Shown here one piece after another: positions 40,063 to 51,580 of a stretch of 52,333 bases of DNA. Positions within the stretch are counted from its first letter, which is position 1, and each line of letters starts with the position of its first letter. Where the stretch lies: positions 1 through 52,333 of the forward strand of contig CAUFJQ010000001.1 in the NCBI GenBank assembly GCA_959025735.1, written 5' to 3'. Under the pieces are notes generated by a model. That model searched no databases. It was given only the letters and a program-made list of their open reading frames with translations, and was not told the origin of the DNA. Made by a program: the position numbers and the translations under genes. The DNA is from an uncultured Streptococcus sp. Its GTDB lineage: Bacteria > Bacillota > Bacilli > Lactobacillales > Streptococcaceae.

Positions 40063-40422
40063 GATGGAGTGATGACCAAATAGTTGAGAAATAGAACAGA
40101 ATAGTTTTTGGATAAGGAGAGGAAATGGCTTTTATAGACCAAATCGTGTCCAAATGAAGCAGAATAGAAATGGATGACACAAGAAGAAGAGAATGAGGTA
40201 TACTGGTGGTGTTCGAATGAAAGTTTATAGGACTCCGTTATATCTCTAATCATTCCAGTGATACAGTTGCGATGGCTTTTCATCTTTTGCACACATTACT
40301 TTTCCAAATGAATTTCATTTGAACGTATCAGTGATCAGGCAAGTGCTTCCACGGTTTTGAGGTGCTTGCCTTTCTATCTGTATCGCGATATAATAGGGTG
40401 TAAGAAATGAAAAGGAGTTTGT

Positions 40423-40938
40423 ATGAAAAAGAAACCTATCTATCTTTACATCCTGTTATTTTTCTCTACGGTTGGAACCCTAACTTCAGCTGTTTCAACC
40501 TTTGGAGCTTCAAAGAGTTTTGAGCTGACAGATGATTTTGCGAAACAACTTGGTTTAACAACAGCTCAAGACAAGGCTGACTATGTGACATATTATGAGA
40601 AATCAGCCCAACTCAATCAGTCTCCATTAACCTTTTTATTTGTTTCCCTGATTCTGATTGCTTTGCTGGCAACTTTCTATTTCCTCTTTATGAAGCAGGA
40701 TCTGTTAACAGCACATTATACTTATATGGGGCAGATTTTGTTAAGTCAAGCCTTCTCTTGCTATAATTATTTTGCAGGGCGTCCACTATTAGCTAGTTTT
40801 TCAAACTCAGCGCTTCGCCAACGATATCTGGCATCTTCGTCCATTGCTTTGTTACTCTTGACTGCTTTATCCCTTCTCTTCCTTGGAATTGTTTTGTATA
40901 AAACCTTGCGTTTGAGAAAAGCTCAAGCTACGGCATAA
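40423..40938 (+). CDS. Hypothetical 4-TM membrane protein
   Basis: AAGGAG RBS, upstream TATAAT, four hydrophobic segments. Confidence 0.75.
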   Translation: MKKKPIYLYILLFFSTVGTLTSAVSTFGASKSFELTDDFAKQLGLTTAQDKADYVTYYEKSAQLNQSPLTFLFVSLILIALLATFYFLFMKQDLLTAHYTYMGQILLSQAFSCYNYFAGRPLLASFSNSALRQRYLASSSIALLLLTALSLLFLGIVLYKTLRLRKAQATA

Positions 40939-40999
40939 TAGATAAGTTTGAATAGAGCTCTCTTAGAGGATAAGAGAGCTTCTTGATTGGAGAAAAAAG

Positions 41000-41455
41000 A
41001 TGAAAGTATCCTTTGTTTATATTAGTCTGAGTGGGAATACAGAGAGTTTTGTCCGCCGCTTAAGTGACTATTTGCTGGAAGCCCATCCCGGACTTGAAAT
41101 CGAGAAAGTTCATGTGAAAGACCTGGTCAAAGAGGGCCTGCCCTTCTTTGAAATGACCAATCCTTTTATCACTTTTTTGCCAACCTATTTGGAAGGTGGA
41201 AATGGTGTCGACAATGGCGATGTGGAAATTTTGACGACAGATGTTGCGGATTTTATTGCTTATGGAGACAATGCCAGCAAGTGCTTAGGAGTGGTTGGAT
41301 CAGGCAATCGGAATTTTAACAATCAATATTGTTTAACCGCTAAGCAATACAGCCAACGTTTTGGTTTCCCTATGTTAGCCGATTTTGAAATGCGGGGGAT
41401 GTTGGGAGATATTAAAAAAGTAGCCGCCATTGTAGAAGAGTTGTATCATCTTTAA
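41000..41455 (+). CDS. nrdI: NrdI flavodoxin-like protein (class Ib RNR activator)
   Basis: SLSGNTESFV, PTY, GVVGSGNRNF, FEMRG; near argS as in related streptococci. Confidence 0.88.
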   Translation: MKVSFVYISLSGNTESFVRRLSDYLLEAHPGLEIEKVHVKDLVKEGLPFFEMTNPFITFLPTYLEGGNGVDNGDVEILTTDVADFIAYGDNASKCLGVVGSGNRNFNNQYCLTAKQYSQRFGFPMLADFEMRGMLGDIKKVAAIVEELYHL

Positions 41456-41459
41456 AATA

Positions 41460-41638
41460 AAGAGAGTGGGACAGAAATCGGTAATTCGTTAGAATTCGAT
41501 TTCGTCGTCCCACCTCCGCACAGTTGAGTAGGGCTGTAAAAGCTGATGAAATCAGCGTAGTAGAGCCCACTCAACCACTGCGTCTTGCTCGACAATCCAA
41601 AAATAATTGAGAGGCTAGGACTTTTGTCCCAGCCTCTT
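41460..41638. repeat. 179-bp dispersed multi-hairpin repeat, copy 2 (inverted relative to copy 1)
   Basis: Matches the reverse complement of 11427-11605. Confidence 0.92.
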
Positions 41639-41695
41639 ATTTGTTGCGACTGAATAGAAGAGGAGTCACATTTTATATGACTCCTCTTCTATGGC

Positions 41696-41941
41696 TTATT
41701 TTAATTTTTCTGTGATTTCTTTAGCAAGTAGGAGTCCCAATCGATAGTCTTTATTGATGGCATGGATGACATCGTTGATATTGTCGGTCTCTTGGATTTT
41801 TTCCTTGATGCTATCTTTGAAAGCTTGATCTTTCAAGAGTTGCTCTTGTAAGAGCCGTTGTAGTTTTTCTCTTTCGTACTTGTTAAATAAAAAGAGGACC
41901 ACTAAACTGATGAGGATTAAGATGTAAACGGTTTGATTCAT
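41696..41941 (-). CDS. Small hypothetical protein with N-terminal TM anchor (81 aa)
   Basis: ATG 41941 after AGGAG; MNQTVYILILISLVVLFLF followed by a charged helix. Confidence 0.7.
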   Translation of the reverse strand: MNQTVYILILISLVVLFLFNKYEREKLQRLLQEQLLKDQAFKDSIKEKIQETDNINDVIHAINKDYRLGLLLAKEITEKLK

Positions 41942-42093
41942 AGATTTCTCCTGTATATAAAGGATCTGAAAATATAGAGAATGAAGGGCATTGGGCATGA
42001 GAAAAGGAGTGAGAAAGAACTAAATTAAATCGCATTTAGTTTCTCCTCTCACTCCCATAAGAGATGTTCTACTTATCCATCATAGATAAGAAA

Positions 42094-43782
42094 TTACATT
42101 TTCTCAGGGGCATCGACACCAAGTAAGCGAAGGGCTTCTTTTAAGACTACTGCTGTTGAGTAGCTAAGAGCAAGACGGCTTTCGCGTTCTGGGCTTTCAT
42201 CCAAGATACGAGTGTGTGCATAGTATTTGTTGAAGGCCTGAGCCAAGTTGATGGCATATTTTGCGATCAAAGATGGATCATAGTTTTCAGCGGCACGTTT
42301 GACAACACGAGAGAAGTCTTGGAGAAGCTTGATGATTTCCCAGCTTTCAGGATCGCTCAAGCTGTATGTTGCATCTGTAGATGGTGTGAAGTTGGCTTTG
42401 CGAAGGATTGATTGGATACGAGCGTAAGCATATTGAACGTAAGGTCCAGTTTCTCCTTCAAAGGATACCATGGCTTCGAGGTCGAAGTCATACCCATTGC
42501 GACGGTCTGTCTTCAAGTCGTAGAATTTAACCGCACCAACACCGACTGCATGTGCCACTTCTTCCTTGTTTTCCAATTCTGGATTCTTTTCTTCGATCTG
42601 AGCTTTGGCACGAGAGATAGCTTCTTGAAGAGTTGGTTCGAGAAGGATGATATTTCCTTTACGAGTTGACAATTTTTGGCGGTTTTTTGTTACCAAACCA
42701 AAGTCAACGTGAACCATATCGTCGCTCCAGTCAAATCCCATTTTCTTCAAAACAGCTTTCAACTGACGGAAGTGGTTGGATTGTTCTTGACCTACAGCAT
42801 AGATGTTTTTCACAAAGTTGTAAGTCCGTGCACGGTAGATAGCGGTTGCGATATCACGCGTGATATAAAGAGTGGCACCGTCTGATTTTTTGATCATAGC
42901 TGGTGGAAGGTTTACATCATCGAGCTCAACGATGCTAGCTCCCTTAGACTCTTTCAACAAGCCTTTGTCTTCAAGGATTTGAACCCCTTCGTCCATCTTG
43001 TCGTTGTAGAAAGCTTCCCCGTTTAAGCTATCAAACTCAACACCGAGGAGTTTATAGATACGGTTGAATTCCACCAAGCTTTCGTCACGGAACCATTGCC
43101 ACAATTCAGTTGCTTCTGGATCCCCATCTTCCAATTTTTTGAACCATTTACGTCCTTCTTCATCAAGCTCAGGATCGTTTTCGATTTCAGCGTTGATTCG
43201 AACGTAAAGTTTTAGCAATTCATCGATTGGGTTGGCTTCGACAGCTTCCTTGCTACCCCATTTTTTGTAGGCTACCATCAAGAGACCGAACTGTTTACCC
43301 CAGTCTCCCAAGTGGTTGATTTTAATCGTGTTGTAGCCCATTTTGCGGAAGATGTTTGAAAGAGCATCCCCGATAACGGTTGAGCGCAAGTGACCAACTG
43401 AGAATGGTTTTGCAATATTTGGACTTGAAAGGTCGATGGTAATGTTTTGGCCATGACCTTCGTCTTGTTGACCGTAGTCTGCACCTGCTTCGATGACGGA
43501 TTTGATTACCTGATCAGAGATCTTAGATTTGTCTAAGAAGAAGTTCACGTAAGGTCCAGTTGCAACGACTTTTTCGAAGGCACTTTGGTCGATCTTTTCA
43601 GCAATGTCTGCAGCGATTGCTTGAGGAGCCTTGCGTTCCACTTTTGCAAGTGAGAAGGCTGGAAAAGCAATGTCACCTAGATCAGATGATTTTGGTTGTT
43701 CAAGCAAATTTAAAATAGCATCTTGGTCAAGAGAGTCAATCACTTTGGCCAATTCACTAGCAATGAGTTCTTTATTATTCAT
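42094..43782 (-). CDS. argS: Arginine--tRNA ligase
   Basis: [37 protein letters not shown]. Confidence 0.98.
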   Translation of the reverse strand: MNNKELIASELAKVIDSLDQDAILNLLEQPKSSDLGDIAFPAFSLAKVERKAPQAIAADIAEKIDQSAFEKVVATGPYVNFFLDKSKISDQVIKSVIEAGADYGQQDEGHGQNITIDLSSPNIAKPFSVGHLRSTVIGDALSNIFRKMGYNTIKINHLGDWGKQFGLLMVAYKKWGSKEAVEANPIDELLKLYVRINAEIENDPELDEEGRKWFKKLEDGDPEATELWQWFRDESLVEFNRIYKLLGVEFDSLNGEAFYNDKMDEGVQILEDKGLLKESKGASIVELDDVNLPPAMIKKSDGATLYITRDIATAIYRARTYNFVKNIYAVGQEQSNHFRQLKAVLKKMGFDWSDDMVHVDFGLVTKNRQKLSTRKGNIILLEPTLQEAISRAKAQIEEKNPELENKEEVAHAVGVGAVKFYDLKTDRRNGYDFDLEAMVSFEGETGPYVQYAYARIQSILRKANFTPSTDATYSLSDPESWEIIKLLQDFSRVVKRAAENYDPSLIAKYAINLAQAFNKYYAHTRILDESPERESRLALSYSTAVVLKEALRLLGVDAPEKM

Positions 43783-43886
43783 ATTAGCTCCTTAGTCCTT
43801 TTAACTATTATTTTAACACAATTTCGAGCGAATTTTCAATTTTTTTGGTATAATTTAAAGTATATTTATTCAAAAGTGGAGGTCCA

Positions 43887-44327
43887 ATGAAAAAGACAGA
43901 ACGTCACCTTTTGATTCAACAAATGATTCGAAATGAAAAATTGTCGACTCAAAAAGAGATTCAGGATCGATTAGAAGCAAAAGGAATTGCTGTAACGCAA
44001 ACAACTCTGTCACGAGATTTGCGCGATCTGGGTCTAGTTAAGGTGAAACGAAAAGACCAGTTGTATTATATTTTGCCCAATGAGCCTGAGGTGGCAGAGA
44101 TTTATATTATGTTGTCTAGCCATGCCAAGTCAGTCTCACGAGCAGAATTCACTTTGGTTTTGCGGACAGAACTAGGAGAAGCAGCTCTCTTGGCCAATGG
44201 TGTAGATGAAATGTCAGATGAGCGTATTTTGGGAACAGTAGCAGGGGCCAATACCCTCTTGATTGTCTGCCGTGACCAAGAGGCAGCCATTGAAATTCAA
44301 AATGAAATTTTAGGGATGATGCAGTAA
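43887..44327 (+). CDS. argR: Arginine repressor family regulator
   Basis: TQTTLSRDL, GTVAGANT; argS-argR-mutS synteny. Confidence 0.9.
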   Translation: MKKTERHLLIQQMIRNEKLSTQKEIQDRLEAKGIAVTQTTLSRDLRDLGLVKVKRKDQLYYILPNEPEVAEIYIMLSSHAKSVSRAEFTLVLRTELGEAALLANGVDEMSDERILGTVAGANTLLIVCRDQEAAIEIQNEILGMMQ

Positions 44328-44447
44328 TCAAGCCCCGTTGGAGAGAAAGAGAGATGTCAAAAGGAGGAAGATAGTGAGCTATCTACTCCTGTTTTCATCT
44401 ATGGGGCTTGCGTCAGAAAATGATGCAAGAGTAAGGAATAAAGAAGT

Positions 44448-46997
44448 ATGGCAGTAGAGAAAATATCCCCTGGAATGCAGCAGTATCTAGATATCAAAAA
44501 AGACTATCCGGATGCCTTTTTGCTGTTTCGAATGGGAGATTTTTACGAATTATTTTATGAAGATGCAGTGAATGCAGCTCAAATTTTAGAGATTTCCTTA
44601 ACCTCACGGAATAAAAATGCAGAGAATCCAATTCCTATGGCGGGTGTTCCCTACCACTCGGCCCAGCAGTATATTGATGTTCTCATTGAACAGGGCTATA
44701 AGGTCGCGATTGCGGAACAAATGGAAGACCCCAAAGAAGCTAAGGGGGTCGTTAAACGTGAAGTCGTACAGGTGATTACGCCGGGTACAGTGGTGGATTC
44801 GACCAAGCCAGATAGTGAGAACAACTTCCTGGTTGCTTTGGATCGTTCAGGAAATGAGTATGGGCTAGCCTATATGGATCTGGTGACAGGGGAGTTTCAG
44901 GTGACGACCCTCAATGACTTTAGCATGGTTTGTGGAGAAATCCGCAATTTACGTGCGCGTGAGGTGGTCCTGGGTTATGAGTTGCCAGAACAGGAAGAGC
45001 GTGTGTTTATTAGCCAGATGAATCTCTTGTTGTCACATGTAGAGACGGCGCTCGACGATGTTCAACTCTTAGGGGATCAGTTGAGTGAGCTAGAAAAGAA
45101 AACGGCTGGAAAACTTCTCCAGTATGTCCACCAGACACAAATGCGGGAATTGAGCCACCTCAAAAAAGCCCATCATTATGAGATTTGCGATTTCTTGCAG
45201 ATGGACTTTGCGACCAAGGCTAGTCTTGATTTGACAGAGAATGCACGGACTGGGAAGAAACATGGTAGCTTGTATTGGTATTTGGATGAAACCAAGACGG
45301 CCATGGGAGGTCGTTTGTTGCGATCCTGGATTCAGAAACCCTTGGTCGATTTGAAACGGATTCGAGAGCGCCAGGACATCATTCAGGTCTTTATGGATCA
45401 TTTCTTTGAACGGAGCGATTTGACCGACAGTCTCAAAGGGGTCTATGACATTGAACGCTTAGCGAGTCGGGTTTCCTTTGGTAAGATCAATCCTAAGGAT
45501 CTCTTGCAGCTAGGAGATACTCTGGGGCATGTGCCGACGATCAAGTCGATTCTACTGGGGATTGGTGATCCAGTCTTAGATGTCTTGATTGCACGCTTGG
45601 ATGAGCTTCCTGAGTTGCACCGCTTGATTACCTCAGCTATTGCTCCGGAAGCGTCTGCTGTTATTACAGAGGGAAATATCATCCGAACTGGGTTTGATGA
45701 GCAATTGGATCAATACCGTGTCGTTCTTCGGGATGGTACTGGTTGGATTGCTGAGATTGAAGCCAAGGAGCGCGAAGCCAGCGGCATTACAGGTCTAAAA
45801 ATCGATTACAACAAGAAGGATGGCTACTATTTCCATGTCACCAATTCTCAATTGAGTCACGTTCCTGCTCACTTTTTCCGCAAAGCGACCTTGAAAAATT
45901 CAGAACGCTTTGGTACGGAGGAATTGGCACGCATCGAAGGAGATATGCTGGAGGCGCGTGAGAAGTCTGCAAATCTGGAATATACGATTTTTATGCGGAT
46001 TCGGGAAGAAGTTGGCAAGTATATCCAACGTCTGCAACAGTTAGCTCAGGCGATTGCGACGGTTGATGTTTTACAAAGTTTAGCCAGTGTCGCTGAGTCG
46101 CAACAATTGAATCGTCCCTTCTTTCATGAAGAACGACGAATCGCGATCGACAAAGGTCGCCATCCAGTTGTCGAGAAAGTCATGGGAGCCCAGTCCTATA
46201 TTCCTAATAGCATCTTTATGGATGAGGAACGGGATATTCAGCTGATTACGGGGCCAAATATGAGCGGGAAGTCTACCTATATGCGCCAATTGGCGATCAT
46301 TGTGATTCTTGCCCAAATTGGCTCCTATGTTCCAGCGCAAAAGGCCGAGTTGCCAATCTTTGATGCGATTTATACTCGAATCGGAGCTGCTGATGACCTG
46401 GTATCGGGTCAGTCTACCTTCATGGTGGAAATGATGGAGGCCAATCACGCCATTCGCAAGGCAACGACCCAGTCCTTGATTTTGTTTGATGAGTTGGGAC
46501 GGGGAACGGCGACCTATGATGGGATGGCCCTCGCCCAATCCATCATCGAATACATTCACGATCGTACTGGCGCCAAAACCTTGTTTGCGACCCATTACCA
46601 TGAATTGACGGCTCTTTCAGAAACCTTGTCTCGCTTGGAAAATGTCCATGTTGCGACCTTGGAGCGAGATGGTCAGGTTACCTTCTTACACAAGATTGAA
46701 CCTGGCCCGGCGGATAAGTCCTATGGGATTCACGTGGCCAAGATCGCTGGTTTGCCAGAAGCGTTGCTGGAGCGGGCGGATGCGATTTTGACCAAGCTTG
46801 AAGGACAAGCCCAGCAAGTACCGCTTGCGGATACAACTCCTAAAAAGGAAGTGTCTTCGCAGGTTGCTGAACAAATGTCCCTCTTTGAGGAGGAGGCAGA
46901 AAATACAGTGATCACGGAATTGAAGAATCTGGATCTCTACAATATGACTCCGATGGAAGTCATGATGGCAGTCGCCGAATTGAAAAAGAAATTGTAA
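44448..46997 (+). CDS. mutS: DNA mismatch repair protein MutS (HexA)
   Basis: [34 protein letters not shown]. Confidence 0.98.
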   Translation: MAVEKISPGMQQYLDIKKDYPDAFLLFRMGDFYELFYEDAVNAAQILEISLTSRNKNAENPIPMAGVPYHSAQQYIDVLIEQGYKVAIAEQMEDPKEAKGVVKREVVQVITPGTVVDSTKPDSENNFLVALDRSGNEYGLAYMDLVTGEFQVTTLNDFSMVCGEIRNLRAREVVLGYELPEQEERVFISQMNLLLSHVETALDDVQLLGDQLSELEKKTAGKLLQYVHQTQMRELSHLKKAHHYEICDFLQMDFATKASLDLTENARTGKKHGSLYWYLDETKTAMGGRLLRSWIQKPLVDLKRIRERQDIIQVFMDHFFERSDLTDSLKGVYDIERLASRVSFGKINPKDLLQLGDTLGHVPTIKSILLGIGDPVLDVLIARLDELPELHRLITSAIAPEASAVITEGNIIRTGFDEQLDQYRVVLRDGTGWIAEIEAKEREASGITGLKIDYNKKDGYYFHVTNSQLSHVPAHFFRKATLKNSERFGTEELARIEGDMLEAREKSANLEYTIFMRIREEVGKYIQRLQQLAQAIATVDVLQSLASVAESQQLNRPFFHEERRIAIDKGRHPVVEKVMGAQSYIPNSIFMDEERDIQLITGPNMSGKSTYMRQLAIIVILAQIGSYVPAQKAELPIFDAIYTRIGAADDLVSGQSTFMVEMMEANHAIRKATTQSLILFDELGRGTATYDGMALAQSIIEYIHDRTGAKTLFATHYHELTALSETLSRLENVHVATLERDGQVTFLHKIEPGPADKSYGIHVAKIAGLPEALLERADAILTKLEGQAQQVPLADTTPKKEVSSQVAEQMSLFEEEAENTVITELKNLDLYNMTPMEVMMAVAELKKKL

Positions 46998-47001
46998 AAA
47001 A

Positions 47002-47295
47002 AGATCCTCGTAGCATTGAGGATCTCAGATTGAAGACAAAGTCATCTTAGAAACTTTCCTTAGGTGAGTCCGGACGTCAGCGAACTTCTACGAAGTTCCA
47101 TGACTTAGTTTTGAGCCTAAGGTCTCAAAACTCCCGAGTTCCTGAAACGTTTGTGTTTCAGGAACTTTTCTCACAGAGGAAAGTTTCAGTAGATGATTGA
47201 ATAACTATAACGAGTATAATTTTTATAGAATTTATTAGATTTGTATAAAAGAACAGCTTATCTTCACTTTCAGATCCTCGTGACGGCGAGGATCT
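47002..47295. mobile_element. Non-coding MITE-like element flanked by duplicated terminator hairpins
   Basis: agatcctcg...gaggatct hairpin at both ends (47002-47025, 47272-47295); imperfect inner IRs tgaagacaaag / cttatcttca; internal multi-hairpin domain 47050-47187. Confidence 0.65.
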
Positions 47296-47298
47296 TTT

Positions 47299-47754
47299 TT
47301 AGTGGTTAGTAATGCTTTGATTGATTTCTTGAACTTGTTTTTTATAAAAATGATGGGAGACCAACCAGATGATCACGTAAACAAGGGTGAATTCGACAAC
47401 GAGTGAGAGGTAAAAGCCGAGTCGTGCTGGAAACCAGCCGGCCAAAGTAGCTAGGGGAATAAACCCAAGTAACATGAGTAGGTAATGGCTCAGAGTAGCC
47501 CGTAAGAGGCTCCAGTCTTTTTGAAAGAGGAGACTTCCGAAGCTAAAGAGGACTCCAATTGCACCCCAAACGAGAGCACAATAGAGCATGACCAGTGAGC
47601 CGTGAACATGATGCAAGAACATCCAGCGGCCGACTGCAGAGTTGGGACTTAAGGGAAGGTACAACTCAGGTGAGAAGAGATAGGAAAAGAAGATGGATAG
47701 GATGAGCCCGATGAAAATCCCTTTTAGGGCGTCAGAAAAAGATTGTTTTAGCAT
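47299..47754 (-). CDS. DUF3021-type membrane protein (probable LRS inhibitor, BrsM-like)
   Basis: 4 TM, WSLLRATLSHY...AGWF...YVIIW...EINQ pattern; overlaps the LytTR gene. Confidence 0.85.
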   Translation of the reverse strand: MLKQSFSDALKGIFIGLILSIFFSYLFSPELYLPLSPNSAVGRWMFLHHVHGSLVMLYCALVWGAIGVLFSFGSLLFQKDWSLLRATLSHYLLMLLGFIPLATLAGWFPARLGFYLSLVVEFTLVYVIIWLVSHHFYKKQVQEINQSITNH

Positions 47755-48188
47755 GATAATTTCTCCTTAATGGCTTTCAAGTAACGACGGGAGGAGTAGG
47801 TCAGACTCCCGTTTTTAAGATAGATTTGCACGGATCCCCCACTGGTAAAGTGCAGGTGATCGATTTCTTTTGTGTTGATAATTTCAGATTGGGAAATTTT
47901 GAGAAAGCAGGTCGGCAAGTCTTCAGATAGCTGATAGAGTGGTCCAGTCAGAATAAATTGATCTGTCATGGTCTCGCCAATTACTTGCCGATTTTCAATG
48001 TAAAAACGTTGGAATAGTTGGCTTTCGATCAGGTAAGCTTCCCCATCCTTTTTGGCACGTAAGCGCCCTTTTTGATCCAATTCTTCCACAAAGTCACGGA
48101 TTTTCTCTACACGCGCAGACAGTGCAGGTGCTGTGATCATCACCGCTTCTTCTTGGAAGTGGGAATCAATGTGTACTTTAACTTTCAT
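47748..48188 (-). CDS. Stand-alone LytTR DNA-binding regulator (LRS activator, BrsR/HdrR-like)
   Basis: LYQLSEDLP..FLKISQSEIIN...SSRRYLKAIKEKL; no receiver domain. Confidence 0.9.
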   Translation of the reverse strand: MKVKVHIDSHFQEEAVMITAPALSARVEKIRDFVEELDQKGRLRAKKDGEAYLIESQLFQRFYIENRQVIGETMTDQFILTGPLYQLSEDLPTCFLKISQSEIINTKEIDHLHFTSGGSVQIYLKNGSLTYSSRRYLKAIKEKLSC

Positions 48189-48256
48189 AAGATCGTTTCT
48201 CCCTCCTTTGGGTAAAGTCGGTTGGCCTGCTAGCCCGGCTCCTTCTTTACACTACT

Positions 48257-48325
48257 ATTAAACACTTTTTCCAAAGGGAAGACAAGGGGATTTGTCTATG
48301 TGGTCATTTTCTTTGCCTATGCGGT
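48257..48325 (-). promoter_or_regulatory. LRS promoter with LytTR direct repeats
   Basis: Minus strand ACCGCATAG-N12-ACCACATAG (48325-48296), then TTGTCT (48285-48280)-N17-TTTAAT (48262-48257). Confidence 0.75.
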
Positions 48326-48435
48326 TTTTAAGGAAGAAGATGGGCCAGCCTCTATTTTTTAAGAAAGGGAGTCTTGTAGATCTGTGGTATAATAGAGCTA
48401 CATGTATCGGTGAAAAAATAGGTAAAGGAGCAGAC

Positions 48436-50379
48436 ATGTCACAGATTATTGAATTGCCAGAAGTCCTAGCCAATCAGATTGCGGCAGGTGAAGTGATTGA
48501 ACGACCTGCTAGTGTGGTCAAGGAATTGGTTGAAAACTCGATCGATGCTGGGGCTAGCCAGATCGTTGTTGAAATCGAAGAAGCAGGATTGAAGTCGATT
48601 CGGATTACAGACAATGGGGAAGGAATTGCGCACGATGAGGTCGCTTTAGCCCTCCGTCGACATGCGACCAGTAAGATCAAAAGTCAAGCGGATCTTTTTC
48701 GTATTCGAACGCTTGGTTTTCGTGGTGAGGCCATGCCTTCCATTGCTTCTGTCAGTATTCTAACCCTTCTAACGGCGCAAGAAGGAGCTGCCCACGGGAC
48801 CAAATTGGTCGCAAAGGGTGGCGAAATTGAGGAAGTGGAGCCAGCGACAAGCCCTGTCGGGACCAAGATCACAGTAGAAGATCTCTTTTTTAATACACCT
48901 GCTCGTCTCAAGTATTTAAAGAGCCAGCAGGCAGAGTTGTCCCATATCGTGGATATTCTCAACCGCTTGAGTTTGGCCCATCCTGAGATTGCCTTTACCT
49001 TGATCAATGATGGAAAAGAAATGACCAAAACAGCGGGGACTGGTAATCTCCGGCAGGCGATTGCGGGCGTCTATGGCCTCGCGTCTGCCAAGAAGATGGT
49101 GGCCATTGAAAATCGCGACCTAGATTTTGAAGTGACGGGCTTTGTGTCTTTGCCTGAATTGACTCGTGCCAATCGCAATTACATCAGTCTCTTTATCAAC
49201 GGCCGTTACATCAAGAATTTCTTGCTCAATCGAGCTATTTTAGACGGCTACGGCAGTAAACTCATGGTGGGTCGCTTTCCACTTGCGATCATTAATATCC
49301 AGATCGACCCTTACTTAGCCGATGTCAATGTTCACCCGACCAAGCAAGAGGTTCGTATCTCCAAAGAACGAGAACTGATGGCCTTGATTTCCCAAGCGAT
49401 TGCGAATGCGTTGAAAGAGCAGGACCTGATTCCGGATGCTCTAGAAAATCTAGCCAAGTCGACCATTCGCCGAACAGAAAAGCCAGTACAGACGACCCTG
49501 CCTTTAAAAGAAAACCGCCTCTATTATGACCGAGAAAGTCAAGATTTCAAACTTCGACAAGAAGTGGCAGATCCTCAACGGCCTCTAGCAGATGAGCTAA
49601 CTGCTGATTCTACAAACCAAGAAAACACCGTAGAAAAACCAACAAGCGCGATCAAGTTTGCGGAAAGAAAGACTGCGGTTTATGATGAACTGGATCACCC
49701 AGAGTTGGATCTGGCTAGTCTAGACAAGGCCTATGATAAGTTGGATGGGGAAGAACATTCGACCTTCCCAGAGTTGGAATATTTTGGTCAGATGCATGGA
49801 ACCTATCTCTTTGCCCAAGGAAATGGGGGCCTTTATATCATTGACCAGCACGCGGCCCAAGAGCGGGTCAAATACGAAGAATACCGGGAGAGCATCGGGA
49901 ACGTAGACGGCAGTCAGCAACAACTGCTGGTGCCTTATATCTTTGAATTCCCTACAGACGATCTGATCCGCCTGCAACAGCGCAAACACCTCCTAGAAGA
50001 AGTGGGCGTCTACTTAGAAGAGTACGGAGCCAACCAGTTGATCTTGCGGGAGCATCCGATCTGGATGAAGGAAGAAGAGATCGAGTCGGGTATCTACGAG
50101 ATGTGTGACATGCTCCTCTTGACTAAGGAAGTGTCCATCAAGAAGTACCGGGCTGAATTGGCCATCATGATGTCCTGCAAACGCTCCATCAAGGCCAATC
50201 ACACCCTGGATGATTACTCCGCACGGGATCTCATCTATCAACTGTCCCAATGCGACAACCCTTATAACTGCCCTCATGGCCGTCCGGTCTTGGTCAACTT
50301 CACCAAGTCCGACATGGAAAAGATGTTCCGACGCATTCAGGAAAATCACACCAGTCTGCGGGAATTGGGCAAGTATTAA
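48436..50379 (+). CDS. mutL: DNA mismatch repair endonuclease MutL (HexB)
   Basis: [40 protein letters not shown]; start moved to ATG 48436 after AAGGAG. Confidence 0.98.
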   Translation: MSQIIELPEVLANQIAAGEVIERPASVVKELVENSIDAGASQIVVEIEEAGLKSIRITDNGEGIAHDEVALALRRHATSKIKSQADLFRIRTLGFRGEAMPSIASVSILTLLTAQEGAAHGTKLVAKGGEIEEVEPATSPVGTKITVEDLFFNTPARLKYLKSQQAELSHIVDILNRLSLAHPEIAFTLINDGKEMTKTAGTGNLRQAIAGVYGLASAKKMVAIENRDLDFEVTGFVSLPELTRANRNYISLFINGRYIKNFLLNRAILDGYGSKLMVGRFPLAIINIQIDPYLADVNVHPTKQEVRISKERELMALISQAIANALKEQDLIPDALENLAKSTIRRTEKPVQTTLPLKENRLYYDRESQDFKLRQEVADPQRPLADELTADSTNQENTVEKPTSAIKFAERKTAVYDELDHPELDLASLDKAYDKLDGEEHSTFPELEYFGQMHGTYLFAQGNGGLYIIDQHAAQERVKYEEYRESIGNVDGSQQQLLVPYIFEFPTDDLIRLQQRKHLLEEVGVYLEEYGANQLILREHPIWMKEEEIESGIYEMCDMLLLTKEVSIKKYRAELAIMMSCKRSIKANHTLDDYSARDLIYQLSQCDNPYNCPHGRPVLVNFTKSDMEKMFRRIQENHTSLRELGKY

Positions 50380-50399
50380 ATAAAGAATAAAGGAATCTT

Positions 50400-50993
50400 A
50401 TGTACGAATACATTAAAGGAATCTTAACGAAAATCACCGCTAAATATATCGTGTTGGAGACAGCTGGGATCGGTTATCTCTTGCATGTGGCCAATCCCTA
50501 TGCTTACTCTGGTAAAATGAATCAAGAGGTGCAAGTCTATCTGCACCAAGTAGTCCGTGAAGACGCCCACCTGCTCTATGGCTTTGCGACCGAAGAAGAG
50601 AAAAAGCTCTTTTTGAACTTGATCTCAGTCTCTGGAATTGGCCCAGTCTCAGCTCTGGCTATCATTGCTGCGGATGACAATGCTGGGCTTGTCCAAGCTA
50701 TCGAAAGCAAGAACATCACCTACTTGACCAAGTTTCCGAAGATCGGCAAGAAAACAGCCCAACAGATGGTCTTGGATCTAGAAGGTAAGATCAATCTTGA
50801 CCTAGAAGATGCACCGGCTCAGACCAATGCCAAAGTTTCAGAAGAAAACCAAGCCCTTGAAGAAGCTATGGAAGCCATGTTGGCTTTGGGCTACAAGGCA
50901 ACCGAGCTTAAGAAAATTAAGAAATTCTTTGAAGGAACGACGGATACTGCTGAGAACTATATCAAGTCTGCCCTTAAGATGTTGGTGAAATAA
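50400..50993 (+). CDS. ruvA: Holliday junction branch migration protein RuvA
   Basis: [31 protein letters not shown]. Confidence 0.97.
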   Translation: MYEYIKGILTKITAKYIVLETAGIGYLLHVANPYAYSGKMNQEVQVYLHQVVREDAHLLYGFATEEEKKLFLNLISVSGIGPVSALAIIAADDNAGLVQAIESKNITYLTKFPKIGKKTAQQMVLDLEGKINLDLEDAPAQTNAKVSEENQALEEAMEAMLALGYKATELKKIKKFFEGTTDTAENYIKSALKMLVK

Positions 50994-51580
50994 TGAGCAT
51001 TGCTCGAATTAAACTAGATGAAGCAAGAAGCAGTAACAACCATATCAAGATAATGTTTAAGAATGGGAAGATTAAAACAATATGGATACACTGTAAAGTT
51101 TTCCCTTTATTTTGTAAAAATTGTCAACAGAGTCAGACAGAATTATTTTTGCATAATGGATCTCGCTATGGTCAAGTTGGCTCAATTCCTTGTGAATTTT
51201 GTGGTGTGAATATTGCCATAGTGGATAATGACAATATAGTAGATAGTATAAAGGTGAATGATGAATCTTGTTCTTTCGAAAAACTCTATCTGTTAAGTGC
51301 AGACTACATTGAATGGTTTCAAGAACGGTATGGAATAACATTGGCTCGCGAAAGCTTTTTTGAAGGTTGGACTGATTGGATAACTGTAGACCAACTTCGA
51401 GAACAGATTGAAACATTAACTGGAATAGAAACAGATGATGGTGTAAGGTATCAAACAGACGAGAGATTTAACCCTCTGCCACCAGATATTAATCGTTGGA
51501 TTAATCTATTGGATAAGTCTACTGTTCCCTTGCCTGACTACGTTTCAAAGATAGGAGAAGAAGATGCCAAAACGTTGTAG
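50993..51580 (+). CDS. Hypothetical AT-rich protein with two CxxC motifs
   Basis: 195-aa ORF; TAATG coupling to ruvA; CKNC and CEFC; its 3' end carries the tag RBS. Confidence 0.72.
   Translation: MSIARIKLDEARSSNNHIKIMFKNGKIKTIWIHCKVFPLFCKNCQQSQTELFLHNGSRYGQVGSIPCEFCGVNIAIVDNDNIVDSIKVNDESCSFEKLYLLSADYIEWFQERYGITLARESFFEGWTDWITVDQLREQIETLTGIETDDGVRYQTDERFNPLPPDINRWINLLDKSTVPLPDYVSKIGEEDAKTL

Noticed and set aside
41000..41455. nrdI without nrdEF as a novelty
   Set aside because: A stand-alone nrdI near argS is already known in sanguinis-group streptococci
48292..48435. 48-aa N-terminal extension of MutL
   Set aside because: Covers promoter DNA; the canonical start MSQIIELPE with AAGGAG is at 48436
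49780..50379. Apparent GC shift or mosaic in the mutL 3' end
   Set aside because: Spot counts (about 28-31 GC per 60 bp) match the 5' part of the gene (30/60); no support
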